From Haliotis cracherodii (taxonomy: Eukaryota): DNA of 64,000 nucleotides. The stretch spans positions 2,170,001 to 2,234,000 of the forward strand of contig NW_027266280.1 in NCBI RefSeq assembly GCF_022045235.1. The letters are read 5' to 3'. The notes under the pieces were generated by a model. It did no database searches, was not told the origin of the DNA, and worked only from the letters and a program-made list of their open reading frames with translations. This document shows, in pieces, positions 63,260 through 64,000 of this stretch (position 1 is its first letter; every line of letters starts with the position of its first letter). Made by a program: the position numbers and the translations under genes.

Positions 63260-64000
63260 TTACTCAACATCAGATTCGAATCGGTCTAAAACATGATAAT
63301 CAAAATGCACCCTGTTCTCCAGGTAGATGGTATCTTGTCCGGCAGCAGTGTCCGTGGCAACACAGCAACATATCTGCTTCTGCAACATCTTAAACACAAT
63401 CAACCAAATCGACAAAATCAGGAAAAAGTTAATTCCACAATGCCAAGTAAAATACATGACCACCAACAAGATCCTATCTGAGTCAGTGTTGACCATAAGA
63501 GATTTGTCTTCGACCAGAAACGCCACCTGTAGGCCCCATGTCCCTTGAGTCAAGAGGAGATAACTCCGCATGACTGGACACAGCACCTGATCCCCATACT
63601 TCATTTCCATGGCAGTTGCAGCAAGGGTGGCGAGGGATGTGTACAACATGAGCGAGTACAACACCGTCACCGGCTGCTCCGAGAATTGTGACCGTGACAC
63701 GAAAACCACTGATTGGATGGTGAAAAACAACATGAGAGCCACATAGTCTAGTTGTTGGTAGAATGTCTTCCCGCTCCATCGGGCTAAAATGTCCATCACA
63801 CCCGAAACCATAAAAAACATGAATATCGTTGCAATTTCTCTATTAGTCAAAAAGTCCACTTGGGCAGCACCATTGAAAGAAAATAAACCGATCGCTATAG
63901 CGAGACTAGAAATCACTTTGAACACGCCCTCTACCGGGTGTTTCTTGTCCCAGGCACAACAAGGGTAGGTAACTGAGTTATAGAAATCACAGTGTCGCTG
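63260..64000 (-). CDS. TMEM45/DUF716-family multipass membrane protein, 5'-partial
   Basis: The frame stays open from the window edge (QRHCDFYNSVTYPCCAWDKKHPVEGVFKV...) to TAA at 63260. Motifs FFMVSGVMDIL, LDY, RSYLLLTQGTW..QVAF, MYFTWH and acidic tail ESDVE match TMEM45; multiple hydrophobic segments. Confidence 0.85.
   Translation of the reverse strand, partial: QRHCDFYNSVTYPCCAWDKKHPVEGVFKVISSLAIAIGLFSFNGAAQVDFLTNREIATIFMFFMVSGVMDILARWSGKTFYQQLDYVALMLFFTIQSVVFVSRSQFSEQPVTVLYSLMLYTSLATLAATAMEMKYGDQVLCPVMRSYLLLTQGTWGLQVAFLVEDKSLMVNTDSDRILLVVMYFTWHCGINFFLILSIWLIVFKMLQKQICCCVATDTAAGQDTIYLENRVHFDYHVLDRFESDVE

Overview
Eukaryotic, AT-rich, repeat-dense animal genomic DNA. The SINE repertoire suggests a mollusc, possibly an abalone-like gastropod (inference). 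Three genes are supported. (1) Orai CRAC channel subunit, + strand, 2 coding exons 19607-19774 and 34097-34588, 219 aa, 14.3-kb intron. (2) MORN3, + strand, 5 coding exons 48306-53809, 237 aa, all splice phases compatible. (3) A divergent TMEM45/DUF716-like membrane protein, - strand, 63260 to beyond 64000, 5' end outside the window. The rest holds at least five SINE-like families (several with clean TSDs), two decayed RTEX-like LINE fragments, Helentron-type HINEs, several MITEs (Tc1/mariner, IS3EU-like, a 9-bp-TSD family), Penelope-like hammerhead remnants, four minisatellites and a 137-N gap. Most short ORFs in the track are spurious. I see no convincing new multi-gene system. The best leads are: Orai-MORN3 adjacency as in human; a headless retroposon with a fixed, pseudoknot-capable 5' end; variant hammerhead cores; loss of conserved histidines in the TMEM45-like protein; Ser at the Orai1 C195 redox site; and RFX X-box motifs multiplied by repeats around MORN3. 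Comparisons with human proteins and repeat-domain names are from memory and need alignment checks.
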